Source: Mobula hypostoma
Taxonomy: Eukaryota
Direction of reading: 5' to 3'
Assembly (NCBI RefSeq): GCF_963921235.1
Contig: NC_086097.1
Span: 182,034,001 to 182,098,000 of the forward strand
Length of the DNA: 64,000 nucleotides
The notes beneath the pieces are model-generated. The model did no database searches and was not told where the DNA came from. It saw only the letters and a list, made by a program, of their open reading frames with translations. Every line of letters begins with the position of its first letter. The first letter of the stretch is position 1. Position numbers and translations under genes: made by a program. This document shows positions 52,810 through 64,000 of the stretch, one piece after another.

Positions 52810-54160
52810 TGGAGAATACTTTGCAGTTTGGGGCATTAAGAGCCTTGGTTAATGTTACCCCATTTAGGGTTGTGTTTGTACTACACTCAAATTAATATGC
52901 TCCAATATTAATCCTTGATTAATATTGCTGAGTTTGAGGTAGATCTCCATACTGCATTCCAGTGCTCCAGTTCTCTGTGAATAGAATACTGTTCTGCTCT
53001 TTATCCAGTAGGGTAACTCTAAATTAGTCCTGCATAGTTTAGGTAGACTATTCTGAACTCCACTGCTGTGGTCATCAGTAAACAGTCCAGTGTTTGGGGT
53101 CAATGCTGGCACTCTTTTCCAGTGCTGTGATCCTCATTTAACACTGCAGTGTTAGAGAAGGGTTAACATTGCAGTTTGTATTTAATGTCTGTGTTAGTTT
53201 CAGTGTAGTGATCTTTGGTTAATATTTAACAGTTTGAGGTTAGTTCTGCTCTATTCCAATGTTACAAATCTAACTTAACTCTGCACAAATTAGATTAATT
53301 TATTTGAATTCCATTGTTGTGAGCCTTGGTTAATATTGTGTTGTTTATTGTCTACAACTATTCTTCAACCAAGCAAGGAGAACTGTGAAGATTTTGTAGT
53401 GTAGGGTTGGTGTTAAAAACTAGTTTTATTTGTCACATGTACAAACATTTGTATATTGAAACATACAGTGAAATGCATCGTTTTGCATCAATGATCAACA
53501 TAGGCTGAGGATGTGTTGGGGTAGCCCGCAAGTGTTGGTATACGTCCAGCGCCAGCATATCATGACCACAATTTGCTAATCCTAACCTTAATCTTTGCAT
53601 TTTTGGAATGCGGGAGAAAACGGGTGCACCCGGAGGAAATCCATGCAGTCATGAGGAAAGTGTGCAAAGTCTTTGCAAAATGCAGCGAAAATTGAACCAC
53701 AGACACTGACTACTGATGCTTTAAAGTGTTGCACTAATCCGCTACACTACTGTGCTGCCCATGTACTGTACTGTACCGTGTTTAAGCTGTATTTCAGTGC
53801 TGTGACCTGTTGTCAGTATTGCAGAGTGTGGGTTCATAATCCTATATTCCCCTGGTTGCAGTGTTTATTGTCAGTGCCTCTGGCCTGAGTTAATATTACA
53901 CAGTTGATGTCTGTTTTGTCTTCCTGTGTTGTGATCCATGGTCAATATTGCAGATACTGAAGTGTGTGCCTGCATTGTGTTCAAGGTCCGGCATTCTTGA
54001 ATACCACTGCAGAGTTTGAAGTTGGTACTGTACTCTACTGTTGTAATCTGTATCACTAGCACTGCGATTCTTGGTAAATATTGTGGAGTTTGGTTTCTAA
54101 GTTCTAAATTTCATTGCTGGAATTAAATCCTTGGTTGAAATTCTGTGTTCCATATGGAAT
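52810..54160 (+). repeat. highly degenerate tandem repeat, unit roughly 55-70 bp, interrupted by a SINE
   Basis: Recurring ccttggttaatattgcagagtttgagg..ctgtattccagtgctgtga-like motif (e.g. 52843, 52913, 53213, 53325, 53937, 54069). Confidence 0.6.
53410..53760 (-). mobile_element. tRNA-derived SINE
   Basis: ttttatttgtcacatgtaca tail; ggaatgcgggagaaaacgggtgcacccggaggaaatccatgcagtca. Confidence 0.75.
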
Positions 54161-54616
54161 TAATATTTTGAGATGAATTTTATTGAAAAACACTCAAGGA
54201 TTTGGTAGAACTTTAAGAAAAAAACTGGATATAGTGAAAATTTGAAGTAAAATTCAAAGATACTGGGAATACTCAGCAGGTAAGGAAGAGTGACAAAGGG
54301 AGTCAGTGTTCCAGGTTGATAACCTCTTATCAGAACTGAATCACAGAATGGTTATCGTAAGGAAGGAAGTCATTCATCCCATTGAAACTATCACCCTCTG
54401 CCTCTATTTGCAAGATACTTTTGGTTTCTACTTGCCAGTATCCCATGGGCTCGAACCTTTTGGACTCATTCCCATGTGGTGCCCTGTCAAAGTCCTCACT
54501 GAAAGACTGAGCCATCCTCACCATTTTGTTAATGCTTTCAAAAATTTAATCAAATTAGTTAGACAAAATTTTCTTTTTAAAAAGCCAGCACAACTATCTT
54601 TGATCAATCCCTGCCG

Positions 54617-55684
54617 TTCAGAATCAGAATCAGGTTTATTATCACTGGTATGTGATGTGAAATTTGTTAATTTGGCAGCAGCAGTTCAGCGCAGTACATA
54701 ATCTAGAAGAGGAAAAAAATAAAACTAATAATAATAAATATGTAAATCAATTACAGTATACGTATATTGAATAGATTTAAAACATGCAAAAAACAGATAT
54801 ACTGTATATTTTAAAAAGTGAGGTAGTGTCCAAGGGTTCAATGTCCACTTAGGAATCACATGGCAGAGGGGAAGCTGTTCCTGAATCGCTGAGTGTGTGC
54901 CTTCAGGCTTCTGTAACTCCTGTGTGATCGTAACAGTGAGAAAAGGGCATGCCCTGGGTGCTGGATGTCCTTAATAATGGACGCTGCCTTTCTGAGATAC
55001 CACTCCATACCCAAGATGGAGTTGACTAGATTTACAACCCTCTGCAGCTTCTTTCGGTCCTGTGCAGTAGCCCCTCCATACCAGACAGTGAAACAGCCTG
55101 TCAGAATGCTCTCCACGGTACAACTATAGAAGTTTTTGAGTGTTTTTGTTGACATGGCAAATCTCTTCAAACTCCTAATGATACATAGCCGCAGTCTTGC
55201 CTTCTTTATAACTACGTCGATATGTTGGGACCAGGTTAGATGCTCAGAGATCTTGACACCCAGGAACTTGAAACTTCTCACTCTCTCCACTTCTGATCCC
55301 TCTATGAGGATTGATATGTGATCCTCTGTCTTACCCTTCCTGAAGTCCAAAATCAGCTCTTTTGTCTTACTGACGTTGAGTGCCATGTTGTTGCTGTGAC
55401 ACCACTCCACTAGTTGGCATATCTCACTCCTGTACACCCTCTCGTCACCACCTGAGATTCTACCAACAATGGTTGTATCATCAGAAAATTTGTAGATGGT
55501 ATCTGAGCTATGCCTAGCCACATAGTCATGATGTATATAGAGAGTAAAGCAGTGGACTAAGCACGCACCCCTGAGATGTGCCAGTGTTGATCGATAGCGA
55601 GGAGGATATGTTATCACCAGTCTGCACAGATTGTGGTCTTCTGGTTAGGAATTTGAGGATCCAACTGCAGAGGGAGGTACAGAG
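54617..55684 (-). mobile_element. Rex1/Babar LINE, 5'-truncated
   Basis: ORF 54856..55617 ([39 protein letters not shown]); (TCAGAA)n tail shared with 14955 and 37328. Confidence 0.92.
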
Positions 55685-55780
55685 TCATGATGAAGGGTCT
55701 CGGCCTGACACGTTGATTGTTCGCTTCCACGGATGCTGCCCGACCTGCTGAGTTCCTCCAGCGTGTTGTGCATGCTGCAA
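55684..55780 (+). mobile_element. Penelope pLTR unit with mutated hammerhead
   Basis: gtcATGATGAagggtctcggcctGACAcgttga..gatgctgcccgacctgctgagttcctccagc. Confidence 0.8.
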
Positions 55781-56326
55781 CTCTATCTGAAGTTTAATTA
55801 TCTCCTCCAGAATTTTTCCCAATTAAAAAGAAAGGATGTATTTATCATTATGGACCCCCATCACCTAGGGCATCGCTACATCAAGGAGGTGGTACAAGAG
55901 CCTGAAGACATACACTTAACATTTTAGGAGCACCTTCTTCCCTTCTGCCATTAGATTTTTTGATGGACAATGAAACCACATACACCACCTCACTTCTCTT
56001 TTTTGCTCTCTTTTTTCACTATTTAGTAAAACATTTTCAAAATATTTTCTTGTTGCATTTATAGATATCTTATTATTATGCATTACACTGTACTGCCGCA
56101 GAACAAGAAATTTCATGACGTATGCCAGTGATATTAAACCTGATTCCGATTAATTCTCTATCTGCTGACATTAGACTAACAGTGCTGTTATTACCCGGCA
56201 AATTCCTTCTGTCTTTTTGAATAAAGGTATCAGTTAATGTTTGGCCAGTGATTTTTGTGTCTCTTTTAGGATTCCCTTCCCTCCCAGGTACCAAGAGACA
56301 TTAGATGCAAGGTACTTAGTGATAAA

Positions 56327-57105
56327 GTTTCAAAGGTACATTTAATGTCAGAGAAATGTATACAATATACATACTGAAGTGCTTTTTCTCGCAACCATCC
56401 ATGAAAAACAGGAGTGCCCCCGAATAATGAATGGCAATGAAATGTTAGAACCCAACGATCCCCTCCCAGTGCCCCTCCCTCTTGCGCGTAAGCAGCAGCA
56501 ATCAACGATCCCCTCCCCTCACCAGCAAAAAAAAGCATCCACCACTGAGCACTCAAAGCTTACAGCAAAGACACAGACTCGTAGTACTCCAAAGACTATT
56601 TGTTCACTTGGTTTTCGACACACCACAGGCTGTCTCTCTCCTTAATAAGGGAGAAAGAGATGTCTCCATTTCACAGCAACAGGGAAGACATAACAAACAA
56701 CTCACTGGTTTACAATGTTAAAAGTCCGTTGCGTCGCTTTTTACGAGCTCTGTGATCTCAGGTCTCTGGGCACACAGCCTTTGATCTTCCAACTCCCACG
56801 ACACACCGATCTCCTGCCTAGACACCACCTCTGATCCCTCCCACCCCCTCCACCATCTCCAGAGCCACGAAATCTCAAGGCAAGCGAAGCTCTTAGGTTA
56901 CGCCCTTGGCATGCTGAATAATGACCAGTTGTGAAACCCCGAGAGCGGGTCCCATTCTTACAAAGTGCCATAGTCAGCATATAACTCCAGGTCAGGGTCT
57001 TCAAAAGAACCCTGAAAGGGAAAAATAGAGATATTAAAGATAGAAATAGAGCTGTTTCCGAAGACGCAAGCGAAGGAGCCACCATTAGGCACCGTTGATT
57101 CTCCT
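56327..57105 (-). mobile_element. putative non-autonomous retroposon with a Rex1-like 3' tail
   Basis: Tail (minus) ..tgacattaaatgtacctttgaaa resembles the Rex1 tails in this window; no RT coding remnant recognised. Confidence 0.45.
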
Positions 57106-57614
57106 AAGCTCCTCCTCCTGCCAGTTTTATAGCATGAAGAACCGCGAACAACACAGGAACAGGCTTTTGGCCCACAATGTTGTGCAAGGCTACTTGCTAA
57201 TGACACCTGATTAAACTAATTCCTTCTGCCTACACATAGTCCAAATCCCTTCAGTTATAGCTCAGAAACAAACCCCTTGGCCCAACTTGTGCATGCCTCT
57301 TTTCTTGCCCAGCTACAGCAATTCTATTTGCCCACATTGTGCTATTTTTCTATACCTTGTCTATTTAAGTGTCTGTCTAAATGCCTCAAACATAGTGATC
57401 AAACCTGATTCCGTCACTACCTCTAGCAGCATGTTCCAGACATCAACCACTCTCTGTATAGAAAAACCGACCCCTCAGATCCCCTTTAAAACTCTTCCAA
57501 CTCACTTAAACTTGTGCCCTTTTATTTTTGATACTCCTTGCATGGGAAAAAAATTCAGCACCGTGGTGAAGAAAAGAGTCCAGCGTTGTGATGAAAAAAA
57601 GAAACTGCAGATAC

Positions 57615-59050
57615 TGAATTAAATTGAATTGAATTGACTTTATTTCTTAGATCCTTCACATACATGAGGAGTAAAAATCTTTACATTACGTCTCCGTCTA
57701 AATGTGCAATGTGCAATTTATAGTAATTTGTAATAAATAGTAAATACATCAGGACAGTCAATATAGCATAGAAATACTATTGTATCAGCATGAATTAATC
57801 AGTCTGATGACCTGGTGGAATAAGCTGTCCCGGGGCCTGTTGGTCCTGGCTTTAATGCTACGGTACCATTTCCCAGATGGTAGTAGCTGGAACAGTTTGT
57901 GGTTGGGGTGATTTGGGTCCCCAATGATCCTTCAGGGCCCTTTTTATTCACCTGTCCCTGTAACTTTCCTGAATCATGGGAAGTTCACATCTACAGATGC
58001 GCTGGGCTGTCCACACCACTCTCTGCAGAGTCCTGTGATTGAGGGAAGTACTGTTCCCATACCAGGCAGCGATGCAGCCAGTCAGAATGCTCTCAATTGT
58101 GCCCCTGTAGAAAGTCTGTAGGATTTGGCGACTCATACCAAATATCTTCAACCGTCTTAAGTGAAAGAGGCACTGTTGAGCTTTCTTCACCACACAGCTG
58201 GTACGTACACACCACGTGAGATCCTCAGTCATGTGTATGCCGAGGAACTTAAAGCTGTTCACCCTCTCAACCCCAGATCCATTGATGTCAATAGAGGTTA
58301 GCCTGACTCCATTCCTCTTGTAGTCCACAACTAGCTCCTTTGTTTTTGTGACATTGAGAGAAGGTTGTTTTCTTGATACCACTGTGTCAGGGTGATGACT
58401 TCTTCTCTGTAAGCTTCTCATTATAATTTGAGATAAGGCCAATCAATGTAGTATTGTCAGCAAATTTAATTAGCAGATTGGAACTGTGGGTGGCGACACA
58501 GTCATGGGTATGCAGAGAGTAAAGGAGGGGGTTTAGGACATAGCCCTAGGGACTCCTGTGTTGAGGGGCAGAGGTGAGGGAGCCCCTTTTACCACCTCAG
58601 CGGAGGAAGTCCAGGATCCAGCTACACAAGGCAGGGTGAAGGCCAAGGTCTCTGAGCTTCTTGTCAAGCCTGGAGGAAATTATGGTGTTGAATGCTGATG
58701 TGTCGTCCAAGAACAGCATTCTCATGTAAGCATCCTTCTTCTCCAGATGTGTAAGGACAGTGTGTAGAGCTGTGGCTATTGGGTCATCTGTCGATTGGTT
58801 GTGTCGGTAGGTGAATTGTAGGGGTACAGTGTGGGTAGTAGCATGCTGCAGATGCAGTCTAGTCCTTGACCAGCCTCTCAAAGCATTTCGTTTTTATTGA
58901 GGTGAATGTGATATGACGTTCAGACATGGTACCTTGGTTTTTTTAGGTACAGGAAAAATAGTGGATGCTTTGAAGCAGAAGAGCACTCTACACTGGGAGA
59001 GGGAGAGATTAAGTGTCTGTAAACAAACCTGACAGTTGTGCCATGCACAT
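57615..59050 (-). mobile_element. Rex1/Babar LINE
   Basis: ORFs 57948..58442 (KTKELVVDY, SFKFLGIH, FYRGTIESIL), 58597..58881 and 58894..59118 (FKASTIFPVPKK); (TTGAA)n tail, copy of the tail at ~63303. Confidence 0.92.
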
Positions 59051-59754
59051 CCTAAGTAGTGGAATCTGGAGCAAGATAACAAAATGCTCAAGGAGCTCAG
59101 TTGGTCATGCAGCATCAATCAAGGTAAATGGGCAGCAGCATTTTCTGCTCAACCCTCCATCTAACATCCTGGTGAATTTCCTCAGTACTCTCTCCAGCAT
59201 AATCATATAGCCTCTATAGTGTGTCACCCACTAAATGTAAATTTGCATAATAACATTGCAACTTGTTTATTCTTTGTCTTTCCTTTTGAAGACAAACATA
59301 TTTTATGTCTTCTGCACTAGCCTATCTGCCTATAGCTTATCTCTGCTGTCCTTCTTAAATAAAGCAACAACTATCCTCTGTTCTTCTGGTACTTCACCTG
59401 TGGCTAACTAAGGATCCGCGTCAAGGCCCCAGCAATTTCCTCTTTTATTTACCTTAGAATTCTGGGATCAGTCTCATCTGGCCCTGGGGATTTATTCACT
59501 CTTTAGCATTCCAGGACATCTAACCCCGCCACCTTCTTCATATTTAAACTCAGACTATCAACTTAACCCTTCCTGAACCCATCATCACCCATGTCCCTCT
59601 CCTTAGTGAATGCAGATGAGAAGTATTCACTTAGGATCTTGCCAACAAATACAGCACCACACATAGATTCCCTAGCTACCCTCTTGTTCCCTAGCTACCC
59701 TCTTGCTTCTAAAATACTTGTATAATGACTTAATTTTATCTGCCATAGATATTC

Positions 59755-60582
59755 TATGAGCAACAAACAATTTTCTGGAAGAGCTCAGTTGGTGAAGCAA
59801 CATCTGTGAAGGGAAAAGAAATGTCAATATTTCAAGTCGAAATGTTGCACAAAATTGCAGGGATTGCTTACCAAAGCACCTTCACTCTATCTGCCACAAA
59901 AAGTGGGATTTCCTGGTAGCCACCCATTTCAATTCGACTTCCCATTCCAACTTGTTGGTTCATGGCTCTTCTATTGCCACGATAAAGCCACACTTTGGTT
60001 GGAGGAACAATACCTCATATTCTGTCTGGATAGCATCCAGCCTGATGGCATGAAAATCAATTTCTCTGACTCAGGGGTTCCCAACCTTGTTTATGCCATG
60101 AACCAATAACATTAAGAATGGGATTTGTAGATCCCAGGTTGAGAATTTATGGAATTTTCTCCCCCTCCCCCTTCTGGTTACCCTCTCACCCCTTCTTACT
60201 TGCCCAACACCTCCCTCTGGTGCTCCTCTTCTTTTCCTTTCTTGCATGGTTAACGGTCCTATCCTATTAGATCCCTCTTCTTTCAGCCCTTTAGCTCTAC
60301 CACCTATTGCCTGTCGGCTTCTTATATCATTTCCCCTCCCCCATTCACCCACCTTTCCCCTCACCTGATTCCACCTCTCAGCTGCTAGCTTCTACTCCTT
60401 CCCCAGCCCACACCTCCTTATTCTGGCTTCTTTCTCCTTCATTCCCCATCCAAATGAAGGTTCTTGGCCCGAAATGTTAACTGTTTACCCCCCTCCCAAT
60501 AGATGCTGCTGACTTGATGAGTTCCTCAGAATTTTGTGTGTGTTATTCAAGATTTCGAACATCTGTAAAATCTGTTGTGTTT
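59755..60582. mobile_element. Penelope-like fragment: inverted pLTR + GIY-YIG C-terminus + pLTR
   Basis: ORF 59855..60109 FYCHDKATLWLEEQYLIFCLDSIQPDGMKINF matches 4550..4864; pLTR on minus at 59755-59850 and on plus at 60445-60582. Confidence 0.85.
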
Positions 60583-61040
60583 ACAAAATTGTGGTCACTG
60601 TTCCAAAGTGTTTCCCAACTGTTCCAGCATCTGCCCTCTCTTGCTTCTCCACTTTCACCACCCCTGCTTGTTTTCATTTCCTAATGTGCGATGAAATACA
60701 ATCCCTCTCTGATATGCCTATCTACATGCTGTCTCAAAAGATGACCTTGGATGCAGTGAACAAATTCAACATTTGATCTAAGTCCTTCCCAAGGAAATCT
60801 CAGTCAATATTGGGAAAGTTAAAATCCCCATTACTATGATGCTATTGCATTTATATTTTTCTGATTACTCCATCTTTTAGCCTGATAAAAGACTTAATAT
60901 CTTCTTTTTAATGGTAGCATTCTGAAATTTCCTTCTCATTCCTTGAATTTCCCAGTTAAAATATTTTTGGCTTATGGAAGCCTCTAACTTCTGGCTTCAT
61001 GCACAGATTGCAATTTTAATTTCTAATGTACCTTATGTAT

Positions 61041-61173
61041 GTCCTGATGAAGGGTCTCGGCCTGAAATGTTGACTGTGTTTCTTTCTATAGATGCTGCCT
61101 GGCCTGCTGCGTTCACCAGCACTTTTTGTGTGTGTTGCTTGAATTTCCAGCATCTGCAGATTTCCTCGTGTTC
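61041..61173 (+). mobile_element. solo Penelope pLTR unit beginning with a hammerhead motif
   Basis: gtc-CTGATGA-agggtctcggcct-GAAA-tg-TT-gac (61041-61074); flanks accttatgtat / accttatagat (9/11). Confidence 0.85.
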
Positions 61174-61631
61174 ACCTTATAGATCTTACCTTGTTTGCTA
61201 ATGCTATATCAAGCCCCCTCTTTGCCCTGCTATTTTCTTTAAGTGCCACCTGTACCTTCTATACTCTTGATTGTTTTCTGTGTTGCTGAGGATTATCTGG
61301 GAGAGTGTAAGAGGCTAAAGACAGTGGAAGTCATCCTTGTGAACTTATCAGGGCTGTTCAGCAATGCTTCAACCCACTTCACCTTCAATTTTCCCACTAC
61401 AGGGGAGACTATATTGTACAAATTGAGTGCAATTACAACGTTGGAATATGAGCAGGTAAATCACTGTTTCACCTCCAATGAATGGACAACTTTGGGGGAG
61501 AAGGTAAAAGGGCAAGAGTTTCATCTCCTGTGGTTGAATGGGAGAAGTACTGATGAAACGGAAGAGTGGAGCAAAGTACTATGGAAAGAATTTTATGAGA
61601 GGATCGGAGCAACACACACAAAACATTTGAA

Positions 61632-61695
61632 CAGGGGTTCCCTTTTATATTTGGGCCCCTACCATTATACATAGATCCCAGGTTGGGAACCCCTG
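61632..61695. mobile_element. 64-bp hAT-type MITE inside a minus-strand pLTR unit (~61608-61765)
   Basis: Perfect 11-bp TIR caggggttccc / gggaacccctg; related copy starting at 60072. Confidence 0.75.
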
Positions 61696-62079
61696 TACTA
61701 GAGGAACTCAGCAGGTCAGGAAAATGAACAGTCAATGTTTTGTCTCGAGTACCTTCATCAGGGAGAGGCTAGAATGATGTTTTCTCATGATGGCATGAAC
61801 ATTTAATTCAATCCTGCCTGTTGGCACCTCCTCAGGTATAAGTCTTGTCATTCACCAGTTTTACCAGCCTCCTTCACCCAGCTGCATAAAACGTAACTTC
61901 CTAATCACAGATGCTGCTTGACCTGATGTTTCCAGGATTTCCTTTTGGTATTCGCTGTGATCTTGTTGCCTACCATATTTACGACAATACACACCTTTGA
62001 GGCATAAAAATCCCAACAAGAAATGTCGTCAGTTTGTGGCAAAAAAAAGAATTTATTGGATTAAAGTAAAACTTGGAAC

Positions 62080-62930
62080 TTGACAAGTGTAAAGTGGTTC
62101 TTTTTGGGGAGTAAAACTAGTGCAGGACTTAAACAGTAAATGCCAGGCTCCTGGGACGTGGTGTCAAACAGGGAGACCTTGGGATACAAGTGCATAGTTT
62201 CCTGAAAGTGGCAACACAAGTAGAGTGGTGAATAGGGCATTTGTAATGCATACTTTCAGTGGTGATGCCATTGAGTACGGAAGTTAGGATGACATGTCAC
62301 CTTTGTTGCCAAGACCATACTTGGAATATTAAGCGTTTCGGCCCAAACGTCAACTGTACTTTTTTCCATAGATGCGCCTGGCCTGCTGAATTCCTTCAGC
62401 ATTTTGTGTGCGTTACTTGGAATATTGTGACAGTTTTGGTCACCTGCCTACAGGAAGAATGCTGGAAAGGGTGTTGATAAGATTCATGGCGATGTTTCTG
62501 AGACTAGAGGGCTTGAATTAAGAGGAGAGACTGGATTGGCTGATTTTTTTCCTCTTGGATTATAGGAGGCTAAAGGGTGTCCTTACAGAGGTACGTAAAA
62601 TCATGAAAGGCATAAAAGATTGTCACAGTCTTTTCCCCCAGGGGAGGGTAATCTAAAACGAGAGGGCATAGGTTTTAGAAGAGAAGGGAAATATATAAAG
62701 GGGAATGGAGGGTCAATTTTTTCATACAGTATTGGATATATGGAAAGAGCTGCCAGAGGAAATTGTAGTAGTGGTTTAAATTACGACAGTTAAAGCACAT
62801 TTAAACATATATATGTATAGGAAACGTTTAGGAGGATATGGGCCAAATGTAGGCAAATGGGATTAGCGCAGGTTGGCAGCTTGGATGAGTTGGGTAGAAG
62901 GGCCTGTTTCTGTGCTGACTCTGTGATTCT
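62080..62930 (+). mobile_element. CR1 3' part with a pLTR insert at 62331-62413
   Basis: CR1 motifs on both sides; 13-bp TSD tacttggaatatt. Confidence 0.85.
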
Positions 62931-63461
62931 AAAGTGACAGAGAAATTAAAAAAAAATCCTGCTCAGCCTCTGCTGCTCACCGTCTATATCAGTGATTTTC
63001 ATAATAGCATCAGGCATCATTTTTCCAGAATTTTAGTCCGAAATGCCGATTGTCCATTTCTCTCCACAAGTGCCGCCTGACCTGCTGAGTTCCTACAGCT
63101 TATTGTGTGTTGTTGTAATGTATAATACAAAACACAGGTAACTTGGGTTTGGGCCTGAACTTGGATGTTGTGTAGAGTTTGCATGTTCTCTCTATGACCC
63201 TGTAGGTTTTCTCTGGGAACTGGGGGAAAATAAGTCACAGGGGAAGTGAATGGGGGAGTGGGATTGCTCTGTAATGCACAGTATGTTATGAAGAAATGTG
63301 GGATTGAATTGAATTGACTTTATTTCTTACATCCTTCACATACGTGAGGAGGATGAGGTGAGCTTCATGTTTGCATTCATCATCAGTCCAGTCTGGGTGG
63401 CTCTTGCTGTTCAGGCTTTCCTTGAGAATGCTCTGTAAGGATTGTGGTGAATTGAGGCAAG

Positions 63462-64000
63462 TACAATACTGTGCAAAAGTCTTCGGCACCCTAGCTAGCT
63501 AAATATATAGCTAGGGTGCCTAAGACTTTTGCATAGTCCAGGAGTAATTTTATGTATTGAACTGTACTGCTGCCACAATAAAAATAACAGATTTCATGAC
63601 TTATGTGAGCGATGATAAACCTGATAATGGGCCTCTATTGTGGACTGAGAGTGGGAAGGGGGACGAGAGAGGGGAATCATGGTTGGGAAAAGGAGAAGGG
63701 AGGGAGCACCAGGCAGGCATTTTGGTAGGATCAATAAATGAATTGTTTGGAATCACATGACCCTGCCTGATGTTTCAGGGCTGGGTGTATCTGCATCTGA
63801 ACCACCCCATGCCTTTGGCACTCCTTCTCTGCAACCTGTTCCAAATCCCTCCTGTGGTGATCCACCCTCATTATTCCCAACATCCTTTGCTCCCGCCAGA
63901 TTTACAACCTCGCTCACCACTTCACATTGATAAATACAGTAGCGTGCAAAAGTATTAGGCACCCTAGCTACGTATATGTGCCTTAGACTTTTGCACTATA
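63462..64000. mobile_element. Tc1/mariner-like non-autonomous element with hairpin (MITE-like) ends; may run off the window
   Basis: ta-ca(a/g)t..gtgcaaaagt..ggcacc terminus at 63462 and 63935, each followed by its own inverted copy. Confidence 0.7.

Noticed and set aside
52810..54160. CRISPR-like array
   Set aside because: Vertebrate DNA, inexact repeats, mutually related spacers, no cas genes
61243..61674. 143-aa ORF containing 'SNEWTT', checked as possible AGAP exon
   Set aside because: Does not match SQEWTLSRS, has a non-ATG start, and runs into pLTR and MITE sequence

Overview
Vertebrate genomic DNA, most likely from a cartilaginous fish (probably a ray). This is inferred from the repeat content: dense CR1/HER1-type LINEs, Rex1/Babar LINEs, Penelope-like elements and tRNA-derived SINEs. 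The window is mostly nested, decayed transposable elements and appears intronic or intergenic. One host coding exon is recognisable: a ~1.1-kb alternative first coding exon of an AGAP-family Arf-GAP GTPase gene (most like AGAP3), at 30731-31829 (+). It ends in a phase-1 donor that fits the shared 'D-SFVNSQEW' exon, which I could not find in the window. The most interesting non-genic signal is a family of short Penelope pseudo-LTR-derived units carrying a minimal hammerhead-ribozyme motif. Several are flanked by their own target-site duplications, and one forms a 190-bp near-perfect fold-back. DNA transposons are also present: a Tigger/pogo-like element, an internally deleted hAT of Charlie/Buster type, tiny hAT MITEs and a Tc1-like element with hairpin ends. 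Repeat boundaries were read by eye and are approximate unless TSD/TIR coordinates are given. No database searches were run.
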